NCBI GenBank assembly: GCA_963794325.1
Contig: CAWCDG010000004.1
Span: 398,413 to 422,412 of the forward strand
Direction of reading: 5' to 3'
From: an uncultured delta proteobacterium
Lineage (GTDB): Bacteria; Desulfobacterota; Binatia; Binatales; Binataceae
DNA length: 24,000 bases
Of the stretch, positions 1 through 9,444 are shown piece after piece. Made by a program: the position numbers and the translations under genes. The notes below the pieces were generated by a model that had not been told where the DNA came from, did not search any database, and saw only the letters and a list, made by a program, of their open reading frames with translations. The stretch's first letter is position 1, and every line of letters starts with the position of its first letter.

Positions 1-1
1 G

Positions 2-1261
2 CAATGGGACGACGTCGCAGGCTTCGCAGCGCATCTGAAGCGCCAGGGACTCGCGCTCAACGTCGCGCATCTGGCGGGACACGGCAGTATTCGCCTCAGC
101 GTGATGGGCGCGGACGCGGGCGAGCCGTCTGTCGAGCAGTTGCGCGCGATGCAAGCGATGGTCGAGCGCGCGATGGCCGACGGCGCGGTCGGGCTTTCGT
201 GCGGGCTCGGATATTTTCCCGGGATGATCGCGAAGCCGGCAGAGCTGGCGGCGCTGGCGCGAGTGGCTACGGCGGCAAACGGCGTACTGACTTCGCATCT
301 GCGCGCATACTCGGAGCGCTCACTATTCTTTGATAGCCGGACTCCGCACAACATCCTGGCGGTGCGCGAGATGGCGACCGTCGCGCGCGAGGCCGGCGTC
401 CCGCTGCAAGTCTCGCATCTGATTTTCGTCGGCCGCCGCACGTGGAAGACGGTTGACGACACGATCGCCGAAGTCGAGCGTCACAAGAGCGACGGCGTCG
501 ATATCGCGTTCGACACTTTCCCCTATACCTGTGGCAACACGACGATTCGCGTGATTTTTCCAGCGTGGGCGCAGACCGGCCTCGAAGGTTTGCTCGATTC
601 GTCAGACGGATGGGCGAAGTTGCGCGACGGATTCCAGCCGCTCAAATCGTTTATCGCCGACTCGGTGCAGCTCATGTGGGCAGTCAAACCCGAACTCAGT
701 CATCTCGAGGGCAAGTTCTTCGGCGAGATCGCGGACGAGCTCAAACTCGATCCGGTCGATGCGTACCTGACGATCACACGCGAGAGTGGAACCCGCGCGC
801 GCGTGCTGAACCATCTGTATAGCGGCGACGACTTCGGCGACGAGCACGCGCTGCAGGAAGCGATGAAGCATCCGCTGAACCTGTTCGAGATGGACACGAT
901 TCTCACTTCGCACGGCCATCACAATCCCGCGAGCTTCGGCACTTACCCGCGAATCCTCGGGCATTACGTGCGCGAGATGAAACTGCTGACGCTCGAAGAC
1001 GCGGTGCATAAAGCGACAGGGATGGCGGCGAAGCGGATGCGCCTCGGCGCGCACGGCCTCGTGCGCCCGGGCTACGCGGCCGACCTCGTGATCTTCAATC
1101 CCGAAACAATCGGATGCGCCGCCGATTCGAGAACCCCGACGTTAGCGCCGATTGGAATCGAGCACGTGATGGTGAATGGAACCGCTGTGGTAGCAGGCGG
1201 TAAGTGGTGCGGTGACGGGGTGATGGCGGGGGAGTGGATTGGGAGGGAACCTAACCCCTAA
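2..1261 (+). CDS. N-acyl-D-amino-acid deacylase / D-aminoacylase-family amidohydrolase, 5' end outside window
   Basis: The frame stays open from base 2 (QWDDVAGFAAHLKRQGLALNVAHLAGHGSIRLSVMGADAG...) into the listed ORF. Family-like motifs: NVAHLAGHGSIR, GLGYFPGM, LTSHLRAYSE, ILTSHGHHNP, HKATGMAAKRMRLGAHGLVRPGYAADLVIFNPE. Confidence 0.9.
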   Translation, partial: QWDDVAGFAAHLKRQGLALNVAHLAGHGSIRLSVMGADAGEPSVEQLRAMQAMVERAMADGAVGLSCGLGYFPGMIAKPAELAALARVATAANGVLTSHLRAYSERSLFFDSRTPHNILAVREMATVAREAGVPLQVSHLIFVGRRTWKTVDDTIAEVERHKSDGVDIAFDTFPYTCGNTTIRVIFPAWAQTGLEGLLDSSDGWAKLRDGFQPLKSFIADSVQLMWAVKPELSHLEGKFFGEIADELKLDPVDAYLTITRESGTRARVLNHLYSGDDFGDEHALQEAMKHPLNLFEMDTILTSHGHHNPASFGTYPRILGHYVREMKLLTLEDAVHKATGMAAKRMRLGAHGLVRPGYAADLVIFNPETIGCAADSRTPTLAPIGIEHVMVNGTAVVAGGKWCGDGVMAGEWIGREPNP

Positions 1262-1325
1262 CCCCTTCCCGAGCGGGAAGGGGAACCGGAAATGTGGTGG
1301 CCCTTCCCGCGCGGGAAAGGGGGAC
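1257..1325. terminator. Two adjacent GC-rich hairpins between convergent genes, possible bidirectional terminator or repeat
   Basis: CCCCTTCCCG-AG-CGGGAAGGGG at 1262-1283, and CCCTTCCCGC/GCGGGAAAGGG at 1301-1321 with one bulged base. Confidence 0.5.
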
Positions 1326-1346
1326 CGGTCTTAGTAGAGAGTGCGT

Positions 1347-2141
1347 CTAGCGCTCCTGGTCCTCCATCTTTTTGTCCATCTCGCGCAGCTTGGCGAGTTT
1401 CTGATCGGTCGGCTCGATCGCTTTGGTTGAAGCTTCGGCGACCGTCTTGGTGCGCTCAGTTGGCAGCTCGCCGCTGACCTTCTCCAGCGCTTCCTTCGCC
1501 AGCCGCCGGACCATCGGGCTCTGATCCTGCGCAACCACCGCGTTCAGCAGCGGAGTCGCCTTGTCGCTGCCGATTTCGCCGAGCGCAAAGACCGCAGTGC
1601 CGCGCCCGCGCTCATCCTGATCTTCCCCAAGATACTGCATCACAGGCAGCGTGCCCTGCGCATCGCCAATCCGGCCCAGACCCGCCACCAGATGCAGTTT
1701 GACGATGGGTTCGGTGGAACGCAGGAACAGCATCGTCGACATCGGCGTCACTGCGTCATTGGCTCCGCGCGCGCCCAGAATGTCGATGGCCTTTATCTTA
1801 ACGCGCACGTCGGGATCGGACATCGAGGTGATGAGTATCTGGTTAACTTCGGGGTCCTGGAGAAAGCGGAGTTTCTCGAGTTCGGATACCCGAACGGCAG
1901 GGTCGGCGTCCTTGAGCCCGAGCTTCACGTCTTTGATGATTTTGAACGGCGTTTCCGTGGACGCGCGGCTCGCCAGGTCATCGATACCGGCCTTCGTGTC
2001 GCTCTGATGCGACAGCGGATTGGAGCTGAGCGCGCTGCCGATTCCCTGGCCGCCATATTGCGCCTGCGCCAACGCGAGGTGCGGAACGGCCAGCGCAGCG
2101 CCGAGCGCGAAGGTTGCAAACAATTTTCGGGTGATACTCAT
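1347..2141 (-). CDS. Secreted HEAT-repeat domain protein
   Basis: Signal peptide-like N-terminus (MSITRKLFATFALGAALAVPHLALAQA). HEAT-like units: DADPAVRVSELEKLRFLQDPEVNQILITSMSDPDVRVKIKAIDILG, GRGTAVFALGEIGSDKATPLLNAVV. ATG at 2141 is preceded by a GGAGG-like site. The track starts at the upstream GTG (2150). Confidence 0.75.
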   Translation of the reverse strand: MSITRKLFATFALGAALAVPHLALAQAQYGGQGIGSALSSNPLSHQSDTKAGIDDLASRASTETPFKIIKDVKLGLKDADPAVRVSELEKLRFLQDPEVNQILITSMSDPDVRVKIKAIDILGARGANDAVTPMSTMLFLRSTEPIVKLHLVAGLGRIGDAQGTLPVMQYLGEDQDERGRGTAVFALGEIGSDKATPLLNAVVAQDQSPMVRRLAKEALEKVSGELPTERTKTVAEASTKAIEPTDQKLAKLREMDKKMEDQER

Positions 2142-2180
2142 TTCCCCCACCTCCGGAATCGGCCAAAATTATTGGTGATC

Positions 2181-3161
2181 ATGCACGACATTGCAAGGAA
2201 GCGCGGTCCACGGGCGAGGAAGGGGCACGTGCGCTGGGATGTGCTCGCGAGCGCCGCAATCGCGGCGTTCATACTCGTTATGAGCGCGGTAGCGTCACCA
2301 ATGCTCGCATCGGGCGCCCCGGATTCGAGCGCGTCGCCCGAGCCCGCGCCGGCCCACAAGCACAAGCATCGACATTTGCCGACGCCCGCGCCGACTCCGA
2401 TGGCGCTGCCGCCCGAGATCAAAGCGAAGGTGCCGGCGTACACGCCGGGTCGGATTCCGTTTCATGACGGCGAGCAGTTGGTCTATCAGGCGTCGTGGGT
2501 CGGTATTCCGGCCGCGCAGGCGCGTCTCGAATTTCATCAGGAGCAAAAGAACGATCGGCCGAGGTGGCTGGGCGAAATCTGGATCGAGACCAATCCATTT
2601 GCCGATCTATTTTACAAGATGCGCGACTACATGAAAGAAAGCATGGCCGCCGACACGCTCCACACCAGCGGCGTTTACCTGGTCCAGCACGAAAAATCGC
2701 GGCTCAACTATTATGACGTGGCGATCGATCGGCCCGCGCAGAGAGTCACGATGACCAAAAAAAACCACAAGGGCACGCAGAGCAAGGAATACATCGCGTC
2801 GGACCCGTGGGGCCCAATCTCGGGCGCAATGATGGCGCTGACGCAGAATTTCGCGCCGGGCAAAACTTATGCGTTCGACGTGTTCAGCGGGAGCCAGCGT
2901 TACGTCTTCGCGTTCGTGGTCGATAAGCGCGAGAAGATTCATCTCGATATGGGCGACTTCGACGCGTGGAAAGTCGTGCCCGACGTCTGGTACGTCAGCG
3001 ACGGGGAGCTGCGCAGCGAGGCGCGGAATACCGTGCTGTGGATCTCCGCCGACCAGCGCCATCTGCCGCTAAGAATTCAGGCGCAGGCATACATTGGCTA
3101 TGTGCGCGCGGACCTGATCCAGGTCGATGGCAAGGGCGTCGTCGAGAGTGCGCAGAAATGA
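2181..3161 (+). CDS. DUF3108-like exported protein with a His/Pro-rich linker
   Basis: In-frame ATG at 2181 (MHDIARKRGPRARKGHVRW), hydrophobic segment, then FHDGEQLVYQASWVGIPAAQARL...YKMRDYMKESM...DFDAWKVVPDVWYVSDGELRS...LWISADQRHLPLRIQAQ, a DUF3108-like pattern. The upstream part of the track ORF (1692-2180) is antisense to the HEAT gene. Confidence 0.75.
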   Translation: MHDIARKRGPRARKGHVRWDVLASAAIAAFILVMSAVASPMLASGAPDSSASPEPAPAHKHKHRHLPTPAPTPMALPPEIKAKVPAYTPGRIPFHDGEQLVYQASWVGIPAAQARLEFHQEQKNDRPRWLGEIWIETNPFADLFYKMRDYMKESMAADTLHTSGVYLVQHEKSRLNYYDVAIDRPAQRVTMTKKNHKGTQSKEYIASDPWGPISGAMMALTQNFAPGKTYAFDVFSGSQRYVFAFVVDKREKIHLDMGDFDAWKVVPDVWYVSDGELRSEARNTVLWISADQRHLPLRIQAQAYIGYVRADLIQVDGKGVVESAQK

Positions 3162-3210
3162 TGTCCGGCGCGCTCGACTGAGCTACTATACAAAACAAGG
3201 GGATCAGACG

Positions 3211-3852
3211 ATGCCGAAAAAGCTCGAATTCTTTTACGACTGCTCCAGCCCGTGGACCTACCTCGCCTTTACGAAGATCGAGGACCTCGCGCACCGCCAC
3301 GATGCGGACCTGATCTGGCGGCCCATCCTGGTCGGCGGACTGTTCAACACGGTCAATCCTTCGGTGTACGAGAGCCGCGCGAAACCGGTTCCGGTCAAGG
3401 CGAAATATTACGTCAAGGATCTGCGCGACTGGGCGAAATTTTACGGCATCAAGATAGGCAACCCTACCGTGTTCCCGGTCAATTCGGTCAAGGCGATGCG
3501 TGGGGCGCTGGTCGCCGTCGAGCATCGCGTGATCTCGCGCTACTCGAAGCGGGTGTTCGAGAGCTACTGGACCGACGACAATGACATCAGCCAGGACGAT
3601 GTCTTGCGCGAAATCGTGAAGGAGGTTGGCCTCGACGAGAAAGAATTTTTCACGAAGATCGCGTCGGATGAGTACAAGGCCAGGCTGCGCGCGAACGTCG
3701 AGGAGCTGATCGCGCGCGGCGGTTTCGGATCGCCGACGATGTTCGTCGAGGGCTCGATGTTTTTCGGCAACGACCGGCTGCCACTGGTCGAGCACGAACT
3801 GGCGACCGGAGTCGGCGGCGCCCTCGACCAGGGATCAGGCGGCTCAACCTAG
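3211..3852 (+). CDS. 2-hydroxychromene-2-carboxylate isomerase / DsbA-family oxidoreductase-like protein
   Basis: MPKKLEFFYDCSSPWTYLAFTKIEDLAHRHDADLIWRPILVGGLFN...GGFGSPTMFVEGSMFFGNDRL. ATG at 3211 lies in the listed frame. Confidence 0.85.
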   Translation: MPKKLEFFYDCSSPWTYLAFTKIEDLAHRHDADLIWRPILVGGLFNTVNPSVYESRAKPVPVKAKYYVKDLRDWAKFYGIKIGNPTVFPVNSVKAMRGALVAVEHRVISRYSKRVFESYWTDDNDISQDDVLREIVKEVGLDEKEFFTKIASDEYKARLRANVEELIARGGFGSPTMFVEGSMFFGNDRLPLVEHELATGVGGALDQGSGGST

Positions 3853-3869
3853 TTTCCAATCGGGATACG

Positions 3870-4511
3870 ATGACGCATTGGACGGAAGGTCAGGCACGAA
3901 CCGACCATCGCGACGACCTCGGGAATCGCGCAGCCAAAGGAGTGCGCGCATTCGTCGCAGTGCGGATGAATGATCAGGTGGAAGACTCGATCGCGAGGAC
4001 GGTCGACGAGCTGAAGCATCCGGATGACGGCGTCCGATGGGTACCACGCGCGAATCTGCATATCACGCTCAAGTTCCTCGGACCGGCAGTGGACTCGCAT
4101 CGATTGCAGCAGCTGACGGCCGGGCTGCGTCAGCTCGCGACGAAAACGGCGCCATTCGAGGTCGCCGCGACGGGCGTCGGTGGGTTCCCGAACCTCGAGC
4201 ATCCGCGCGTGATTTGGGTGGGTCTGCACAGCGTTGAATCGGGAGCGCTCGCCGCACTTGCTTCGCGGCTGGAGACGGTTGCGGCCGAATACGGATTCGA
4301 GCGCGAGAAGCGCCGATGGAGCGGGCATCTGACTATTGGCCGGGTCCGCGGCGACTCGATCGAGGACAAAACGCGCGAGGCGTTGGAGGCGGTGCGGCAG
4401 CGCACGTTCGGCGTCTCGAAGATCGAGTCGATGACTCTCTACCGCAGCAATCTCGGCCCCAACGGCGCCCACTACGAAGCGCTCGCTACCTTTCTCTTTC
4501 AGTCGCGTTAA
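3870..4511 (+). CDS. thpR: RNA 2',3'-cyclic phosphodiesterase (2H family)
   Basis: Two HxTx motifs (ANLHITLKFLG and WSGHLTIGRV), N-terminal RAFVAVRM, and position directly upstream of recA, a common neighbourhood. A GTG at 3942 is an alternative start. Confidence 0.85.
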   Translation: MTHWTEGQARTDHRDDLGNRAAKGVRAFVAVRMNDQVEDSIARTVDELKHPDDGVRWVPRANLHITLKFLGPAVDSHRLQQLTAGLRQLATKTAPFEVAATGVGGFPNLEHPRVIWVGLHSVESGALAALASRLETVAAEYGFEREKRRWSGHLTIGRVRGDSIEDKTREALEAVRQRTFGVSKIESMTLYRSNLGPNGAHYEALATFLFQSR

Positions 4512-4671
4512 CATCGAGCTAGCGGCATGTTGTCTTTTTGTTCTTTTCGTAACACCAGCGTCGCTTGTCAACACCCCTGTGGACACCGACGGCAACGTGG
4601 CTAGAGCTATCGACCTGAGTTTGTGGCAAGATTCGCAACGCGACAAACATGTTCCGCATGGGTAAAAAGCG

Positions 4672-5742
4672 ATGGCGATAGAGATCAAAAGTAAGGCGCT
4701 CGACCTGGCGCTCAGCCAAATCGAGAAACAGTTCGGCAAGGGCTCGATCATGAAGCTCGGCGAGCAGGCGATTTCCGCCGACATCGCGGTCGTGCCGACC
4801 GGATCGCTCGGACTCGACGTCGCACTCGGCGTGGGTGGATTGCCGCGCGGCCGGGTGGTCGAAATTTACGGTCCGGAATCGTCGGGAAAGACGACGCTCG
4901 CGCTCGAATGTATCGCCGAGGCCCAGAAGATGGGCGGGACGTGCGCGTTTATCGACGCCGAACACGCGCTCGACGCGGCCTACGCGCGCAAGCTCGGGGT
5001 CAAGGTCGAGGACTTGCTCATCTCGCAGCCGGACAACGGCGAGCAGGCGCTGGAAATCACCGAGACGCTGGTGCAATCGGGCGCGATCGACGTGCTGGTG
5101 ATCGATTCGGTCGCGGCGCTGGTGCCGCGCGCGGAAATCGAAGGCGAGATGGGCGAGCCGCAGATGGGCCTGCAAGCGCGCCTGATGTCGCAGGCACTGC
5201 GCAAGCTGACCTCGATCATATCGCGATCGCGCACCATCGTTATTTTCATCAACCAGATCCGGATGAAGATTGGCGTGATGTTCGGGAATCCGGAAACGAC
5301 CACCGGCGGCAACGCGCTCAAGTTTTATTCGTCGGTGCGTATCGACATCCGGCGCATCGGCACGATCAAGAACGCGACCGAAGTGATCGGCTCGCGCACC
5401 AAGGTCAAAGTGGTGAAGAACAAGGTCGCGCCGCCGTTCCGCGAGGCCGAGTTCGACATCCTGTACGGCACCGGCATTTCGAAGGAAGGCGAACTGGTCG
5501 ATATGGCGAGCGAGCACAATATTATCGAGAAGCTCGGCGCGTGGTACTCCTACAACGGCGAGCGAATCGGCCAGGGCCGCGAGAACGCGCGCGACCTCCT
5601 GAAGGCCAATCCGAAGCTGGCCGAAGAGATCGAGGTTAAGGTCCGCGAAAAGCTCGCCGCCAAACCCGTTGCGCTGCCACCGGAGGCGGCCGTCGAGGAG
5701 CCGGAGCAGGCACCCGCGCAGGCCCCAAAGAAAAAGGGGTAA
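4672..5742 (+). CDS. recA: Recombinase RecA
   Basis: [94 protein letters not shown]. Confidence 0.99.
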   Translation: MAIEIKSKALDLALSQIEKQFGKGSIMKLGEQAISADIAVVPTGSLGLDVALGVGGLPRGRVVEIYGPESSGKTTLALECIAEAQKMGGTCAFIDAEHALDAAYARKLGVKVEDLLISQPDNGEQALEITETLVQSGAIDVLVIDSVAALVPRAEIEGEMGEPQMGLQARLMSQALRKLTSIISRSRTIVIFINQIRMKIGVMFGNPETTTGGNALKFYSSVRIDIRRIGTIKNATEVIGSRTKVKVVKNKVAPPFREAEFDILYGTGISKEGELVDMASEHNIIEKLGAWYSYNGERIGQGRENARDLLKANPKLAEEIEVKVREKLAAKPVALPPEAAVEEPEQAPAQAPKKKG

Positions 5743-5751
5743 ACTAATCGC

Positions 5752-5963
5752 ATGTGAAACCCTCCGCGGGTTTCACGCTTCCGCGGCAGGGGTGACCCCT
5801 GCACCCAGTATTAATCGCAAAATGGCGAGGACGCCATTTTGCTCTCAGGTTCTTTTGGAGCCTCAACCCCTTCTAACGGGGACGAAGTCCCGCATCTTTC
5901 TGGATACTAAGGTGCAGGGGTTACCCCTGCTGAAGGAAGCATGAATCCCACCGCGGGTTTCAT
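5752..5963. repeat. Near-symmetrical composite hairpin intergenic element (MITE/BIME-like)
   Basis: Outer hairpins GTGAAACCC...GGGTTTCAC (5754-5776) and ATGAATCCC...GGGTTTCAT (5941-5963). Inner 17-nt hairpins GCAGGGGT-N-ACCCCTGC at 5786-5802 and 5914-5930. Central hairpins AAAATGGCG-AGGA-CGCCATTTT (5820-5841) and CGGGAC-GAA-GTCCCG (5878-5892). The left end recurs at 14718. Confidence 0.85.
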
Positions 5964-5978
5964 TACGATTAGTCATCC

Positions 5979-6995
5979 TTACATCGCGATATGAAAATGC
6001 GCCAATATCGCGGGGCCGTTGTGCGACAGGATTCGCGATAGCGCGAATAGCAGGCCGAAGAACGCGCCGAACAGGCCGCCGTTGACGCGAATCCAGTCCA
6101 GATGCGTGCGGGTTTTCGATTCGATCTGAATTCTGATCTGGTCGTCCGACAGTCGCGCGAGATTCTCGCGCACCATCAACGTGATTTGGCCGCGGCTCGA
6201 TTCGACCGTTCTGCGCACCATGTTGTCGATCAGCTTTTGCGCAAATTGATTCGCGTAGCTGTCGGGATCGTGAAGCTGAGCGCCGAACTCATGGATCGCG
6301 CTTTCGATCGTGGCGCGCAACTCGGGATCGTTCTGTAGCTCGGGCAGCCGCTTGCGCAAATTCGCCGCGATCCGCGCGCCGATCGATTCCGCGCCGAACC
6401 GGCTCATCACCGCGTAGATTCGCGTGACCGTCTTGGGCAGCATCCGCTTGAGAACTTTCTCGAGGCGCTCGCGCTTCTCGGGTGAATCAAGATAGTCAAT
6501 CGCGTTGGTGATTAACCGCTCGAGCCCGGCCTGCCCCAGCAGGTCGTTCAGATTCATTTCCTGCAGATAGCTGCCGAGACGGCCGACCAGGTTCATCTTG
6601 TGGAGCCGGTCGCCAATCATCTGCGGCGTCAGCCATTCGTTCTCGATTGTCGCGGCGATTCCGTCAATCAGCTTGACCCGATTGCGCGGCAGCACGCCGG
6701 AGTTGGGCAGGTACCATCGCCGCTCGAAGATCATCTTGAGCGCGATATAGTCGCAGAGCCCGCCGATGAGCGCCGCCTCCGCCATCGAGACCGCAATCTC
6801 CGACGACGTCTTGAAATGCGTGAACATCAGAAAGGCGAGGCTGACGAGGTAGATGAAAAACGAAAACGCCAGCGTCAGGTCGCCCTTATGCATGAGGAAA
6901 AAGTTGGAGAGGGAGAACGGCTCGCGGGCGCGGGTAGATGCATTGATACTGATGTCCATGGGATCCAGTGTGTCCGACCCATCGCGATGGGCCAA
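5979..6995 (-). CDS. DUF445-family membrane protein
   Basis: N-terminal hydrophobic segment, GGLCDYIALKMIFERRWYLPNSGVLPRNRVKLIDGIAATIENEWLTPQMI, coiled middle, C-terminal TM (WIRVNGGLFGAFFGLLFALSRIL). This is the DUF445 pattern. Confidence 0.85.
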   Translation of the reverse strand: MAHRDGSDTLDPMDISINASTRAREPFSLSNFFLMHKGDLTLAFSFFIYLVSLAFLMFTHFKTSSEIAVSMAEAALIGGLCDYIALKMIFERRWYLPNSGVLPRNRVKLIDGIAATIENEWLTPQMIGDRLHKMNLVGRLGSYLQEMNLNDLLGQAGLERLITNAIDYLDSPEKRERLEKVLKRMLPKTVTRIYAVMSRFGAESIGARIAANLRKRLPELQNDPELRATIESAIHEFGAQLHDPDSYANQFAQKLIDNMVRRTVESSRGQITLMVRENLARLSDDQIRIQIESKTRTHLDWIRVNGGLFGAFFGLLFALSRILSHNGPAILAHFHIAM

Positions 6996-7050
6996 CCGCT
7001 AGCCGCAGTAAGAACGCTGCTTCCAACGTCGTCCGCGACGCCCCTGAATA

Positions 7051-7080
7051 ACCTCTCCTTGTCCGATCGGAAGGGGAGGT
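7051..7080. terminator. Stem-loop between co-oriented genes, candidate terminator
   Basis: ACCTCTCCTT (7051-7060) pairs with AAGGGGAGGT (7071-7080), with one G-T pair, around CCGATCGG. Confidence 0.45.
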
Positions 7081-7090
7081 TAAGATCGTA

Positions 7091-8473
7091 CTACGCGATG
7101 GCTTTTGCTTTCTCTTGTTCGGCGGCGGCGCTTCGCGCTGCGAGGCGGTCGCGCATGGCGCGGTGGCTTTCGCGGGTGATTGGGTAGCGCGAGAAGACTA
7201 GAGCGCTCATCAGATAAATCGAGGCGGGGGCGATTGCGAATAGAGCGCGCAGATGTTCGCCGGCTTCCGGCGTGATTCCGCTGCCGCCCGGTTTGTAGCC
7301 AACCCAGCTCAAGACCGGACCGACCATCAGCAGCGTTACCGCGACCGCCATCTTTATCGACATCGAGGTGATTCCGCCGTATGCGCCCTCCTGGCGCTGG
7401 CCGGTGCGCTCCTCGTCCCATTCGATCACGTCAGCGGACGCCGACATTTGCGTGACCCAGATTCCGATCGCCGAGAAGCCGGTGAACGCCATCAAGAGGT
7501 AGAGCGCGACGGTGCTTTGCCGCGTCATCAGCATGAACATCAGCGAGCCGAGCGCGTTGCAGACCATCGCGACCACGAAGGCCGGCTTCTTTTCGAAGCG
7601 CACGGTGATCCTGAACCAGAACGGATACGAAATCACTGAGCCGGCGAAGTACGCGATCAGCCATCGCGCCGCCGCGTTCTCATCGTGATACCAGTACTTC
7701 GCGAGGAAGCGGATCAGCACGGTCGGAATATTGATGGCCATGATGGCCAGCGTCGTGGCGATCAGCAAAATGATGAACGGCCGGTTGCCGGCCATCGATT
7801 TGATCGACGCCCACAGCTTCGAGCGCTCGAGCGTCGAGAACTCCGCACGCTCGCGCAATCCGGTGTAGGCAACCATCGCGCCGCCCGCGACTACGATCGC
7901 GCAGATCGCGCCGGTCACTTTGAAATCGGTGCCGCGTGCGAACAGGTAGGTCGCCGCGAACGGCAGCAGCGCGCCGCTGATATCACCGACGGTGCCCAGC
8001 AGCATCCGGAAGGTCGAGAGCTTGGTGCGTTCGTCGTAGTCGAGCGTGAGTTCCGGCATCAGCGCGCTGTATGCGGTCTCGTAAATCTTCCGCGACGTGA
8101 GCATCAGGAAGTAGAAGCCGAAGAACCAGACGAACAGTCCCGCCTTGAGCTGCGGCGGGGATAGCAGCAGGTAATAGCAGATCGCCATCGGAATCGCGGC
8201 GAAGAAAAACGGCCGGCGACGGCCCGACTTGAAACGCGCGCGATCGGAAATGTTGCCGACCAGCGGATCGGTCACCGCGTCAAGCACCAGCGCGAGAAAG
8301 AAAGCAAGTCCGGCCAGCGATGGCTGGAGGCCCATCCGATCGGTATAAAAATAGAGAAGATGAAGCCCGATCAAAGTCACGCACAGGTTGAGGCCGGTCT
8401 GCGCCTGCGCGTAGATTAGCAGGGGACGAAGGCCAATCTTTTCGCTCGAATCGCGGGTTGCCACAGCTCGCAA
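7091..8473 (-). CDS. MFS transporter, GPH (glycoside-pentoside-hexuronide) type
   Basis: Many TM segments. FYTDRMGLQPSLAGLAFFLALVLDAVTDPLVGNISDRARFKSGRRRPFFFAAIPMAICYYLLLSPP, TSRKIYETAYSALMPELTLDYDERTKLSTFRM, EWDEERTGQRQEGAYGG. Confidence 0.88.
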   Translation of the reverse strand: MRAVATRDSSEKIGLRPLLIYAQAQTGLNLCVTLIGLHLLYFYTDRMGLQPSLAGLAFFLALVLDAVTDPLVGNISDRARFKSGRRRPFFFAAIPMAICYYLLLSPPQLKAGLFVWFFGFYFLMLTSRKIYETAYSALMPELTLDYDERTKLSTFRMLLGTVGDISGALLPFAATYLFARGTDFKVTGAICAIVVAGGAMVAYTGLRERAEFSTLERSKLWASIKSMAGNRPFIILLIATTLAIMAINIPTVLIRFLAKYWYHDENAAARWLIAYFAGSVISYPFWFRITVRFEKKPAFVVAMVCNALGSLMFMLMTRQSTVALYLLMAFTGFSAIGIWVTQMSASADVIEWDEERTGQRQEGAYGGITSMSIKMAVAVTLLMVGPVLSWVGYKPGGSGITPEAGEHLRALFAIAPASIYLMSALVFSRYPITRESHRAMRDRLAARSAAAEQEKAKAIA

Positions 8474-8539
8474 ACACTACTCGATGGACGTGCTGATATA
8501 CAAAGCGATTGCGATACCGGGTCCGACTCAGCTATCGGG

Positions 8540-9343
8540 ATGGCGATGAGAATTTTCGAGCGAAGGCCGATCCGCGAATGCCGATTGCTGTTGTTGGCGG
8601 TCGTACTTCTTTTGTCGCTCGCCCTGACGACCTCGGGATGCGCGCAAATCAAGGCGTGGTGGAATCCCGACGACGAGTCGGCCGATCTCGACGATGCCGC
8701 GAACGCCAACGAAGGTGAGCCGCTGCCGCCTCCGGTCGCCAATGTCGCGATCAGCTACCGCCGCTCCGGCGACGCGCTCTCACGCGCGACCGTGATCAAG
8801 TTCTTCGGCGCTGAAGTGATCGCGAACCATCAACGCGACGCGTCGCATACAGAGTCGGTAGTGCGATTCGACGGCGGCGTTCCAATCTGGGAATTCAAGG
8901 CCGATGAGGGAACGTTCGGCTCGCTGACCGGCGTCGGCGCAGCGAAGTATTCGCTCAAGAGTATCGACTACTCGAAGGTGCCGACGCATTTCACGCAGGT
9001 GCTTCCCGAGGAAGGGCCGCCGGAACCGCTCGACCGTGGCGCGTACTACGTCTTTCAAATAGAGCGCGCATCGGGTTCGACCAGCTACCAGGCGGTGAAG
9101 GTGCTCGCTGACGGATCGCTCCAGGCTTACAACGCGCAGCCGCGGGCGGGCAGCAGCTATCTACTTTGCTGCAACGTGACCTCTGATTTCCCCGAGCCCG
9201 TGATTCTTCCCGATGCGACTCAGGATGCGGGAACTGAGACCCCGGCGCCCGAGGAAGCCCCCGACCAATCCGGTGCTCCTCCAGAGCAAGCTGCCCCTGC
9301 TCCGGAGGAACCTCCTCCGACGCTGGATCCCCTTAATCCATAG
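8540..9343 (+). CDS. Putative lipoprotein of unknown function with Pro/Glu-rich C-terminus
   Basis: N-terminus RRPIRECRLLLLAVVLLLSLALTTSGC (TSGC lipobox) and tail PEEAPDQSGAPPEQAAPAPEEPPPTLDPLNP. Confidence 0.75.
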   Translation: MAMRIFERRPIRECRLLLLAVVLLLSLALTTSGCAQIKAWWNPDDESADLDDAANANEGEPLPPPVANVAISYRRSGDALSRATVIKFFGAEVIANHQRDASHTESVVRFDGGVPIWEFKADEGTFGSLTGVGAAKYSLKSIDYSKVPTHFTQVLPEEGPPEPLDRGAYYVFQIERASGSTSYQAVKVLADGSLQAYNAQPRAGSSYLLCCNVTSDFPEPVILPDATQDAGTETPAPEEAPDQSGAPPEQAAPAPEEPPPTLDPLNP

Positions 9344-9444
9344 CAGTAGTTGGCGCGACATTCCGGCCCTTGGCAGCCTGATCCGGCCTCGGCGGATCGG
9401 CAACATTGCTAATGAATTCAGCTTATTGGATATCTTGGACAATC

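Noticed and set aside
1692-2180. 5' part of track ORF 1692-3161
   Set aside because: Antisense to the HEAT-repeat gene with no sensible protein signature. The DUF3108-like gene most likely starts at ATG 2181.
4512-4671. Possible LexA/SOS box upstream of recA
   Set aside because: AAACATGTTC is suggestive but has the wrong half-site spacing for GAAC-N4-GTTC. I found no clear CTG-N10-CAG or GAAC-N4-GTTC match.
4519-5517. 332-aa minus-strand ORF opposite recA
   Set aside because: Shadow ORF; recA is unambiguous.
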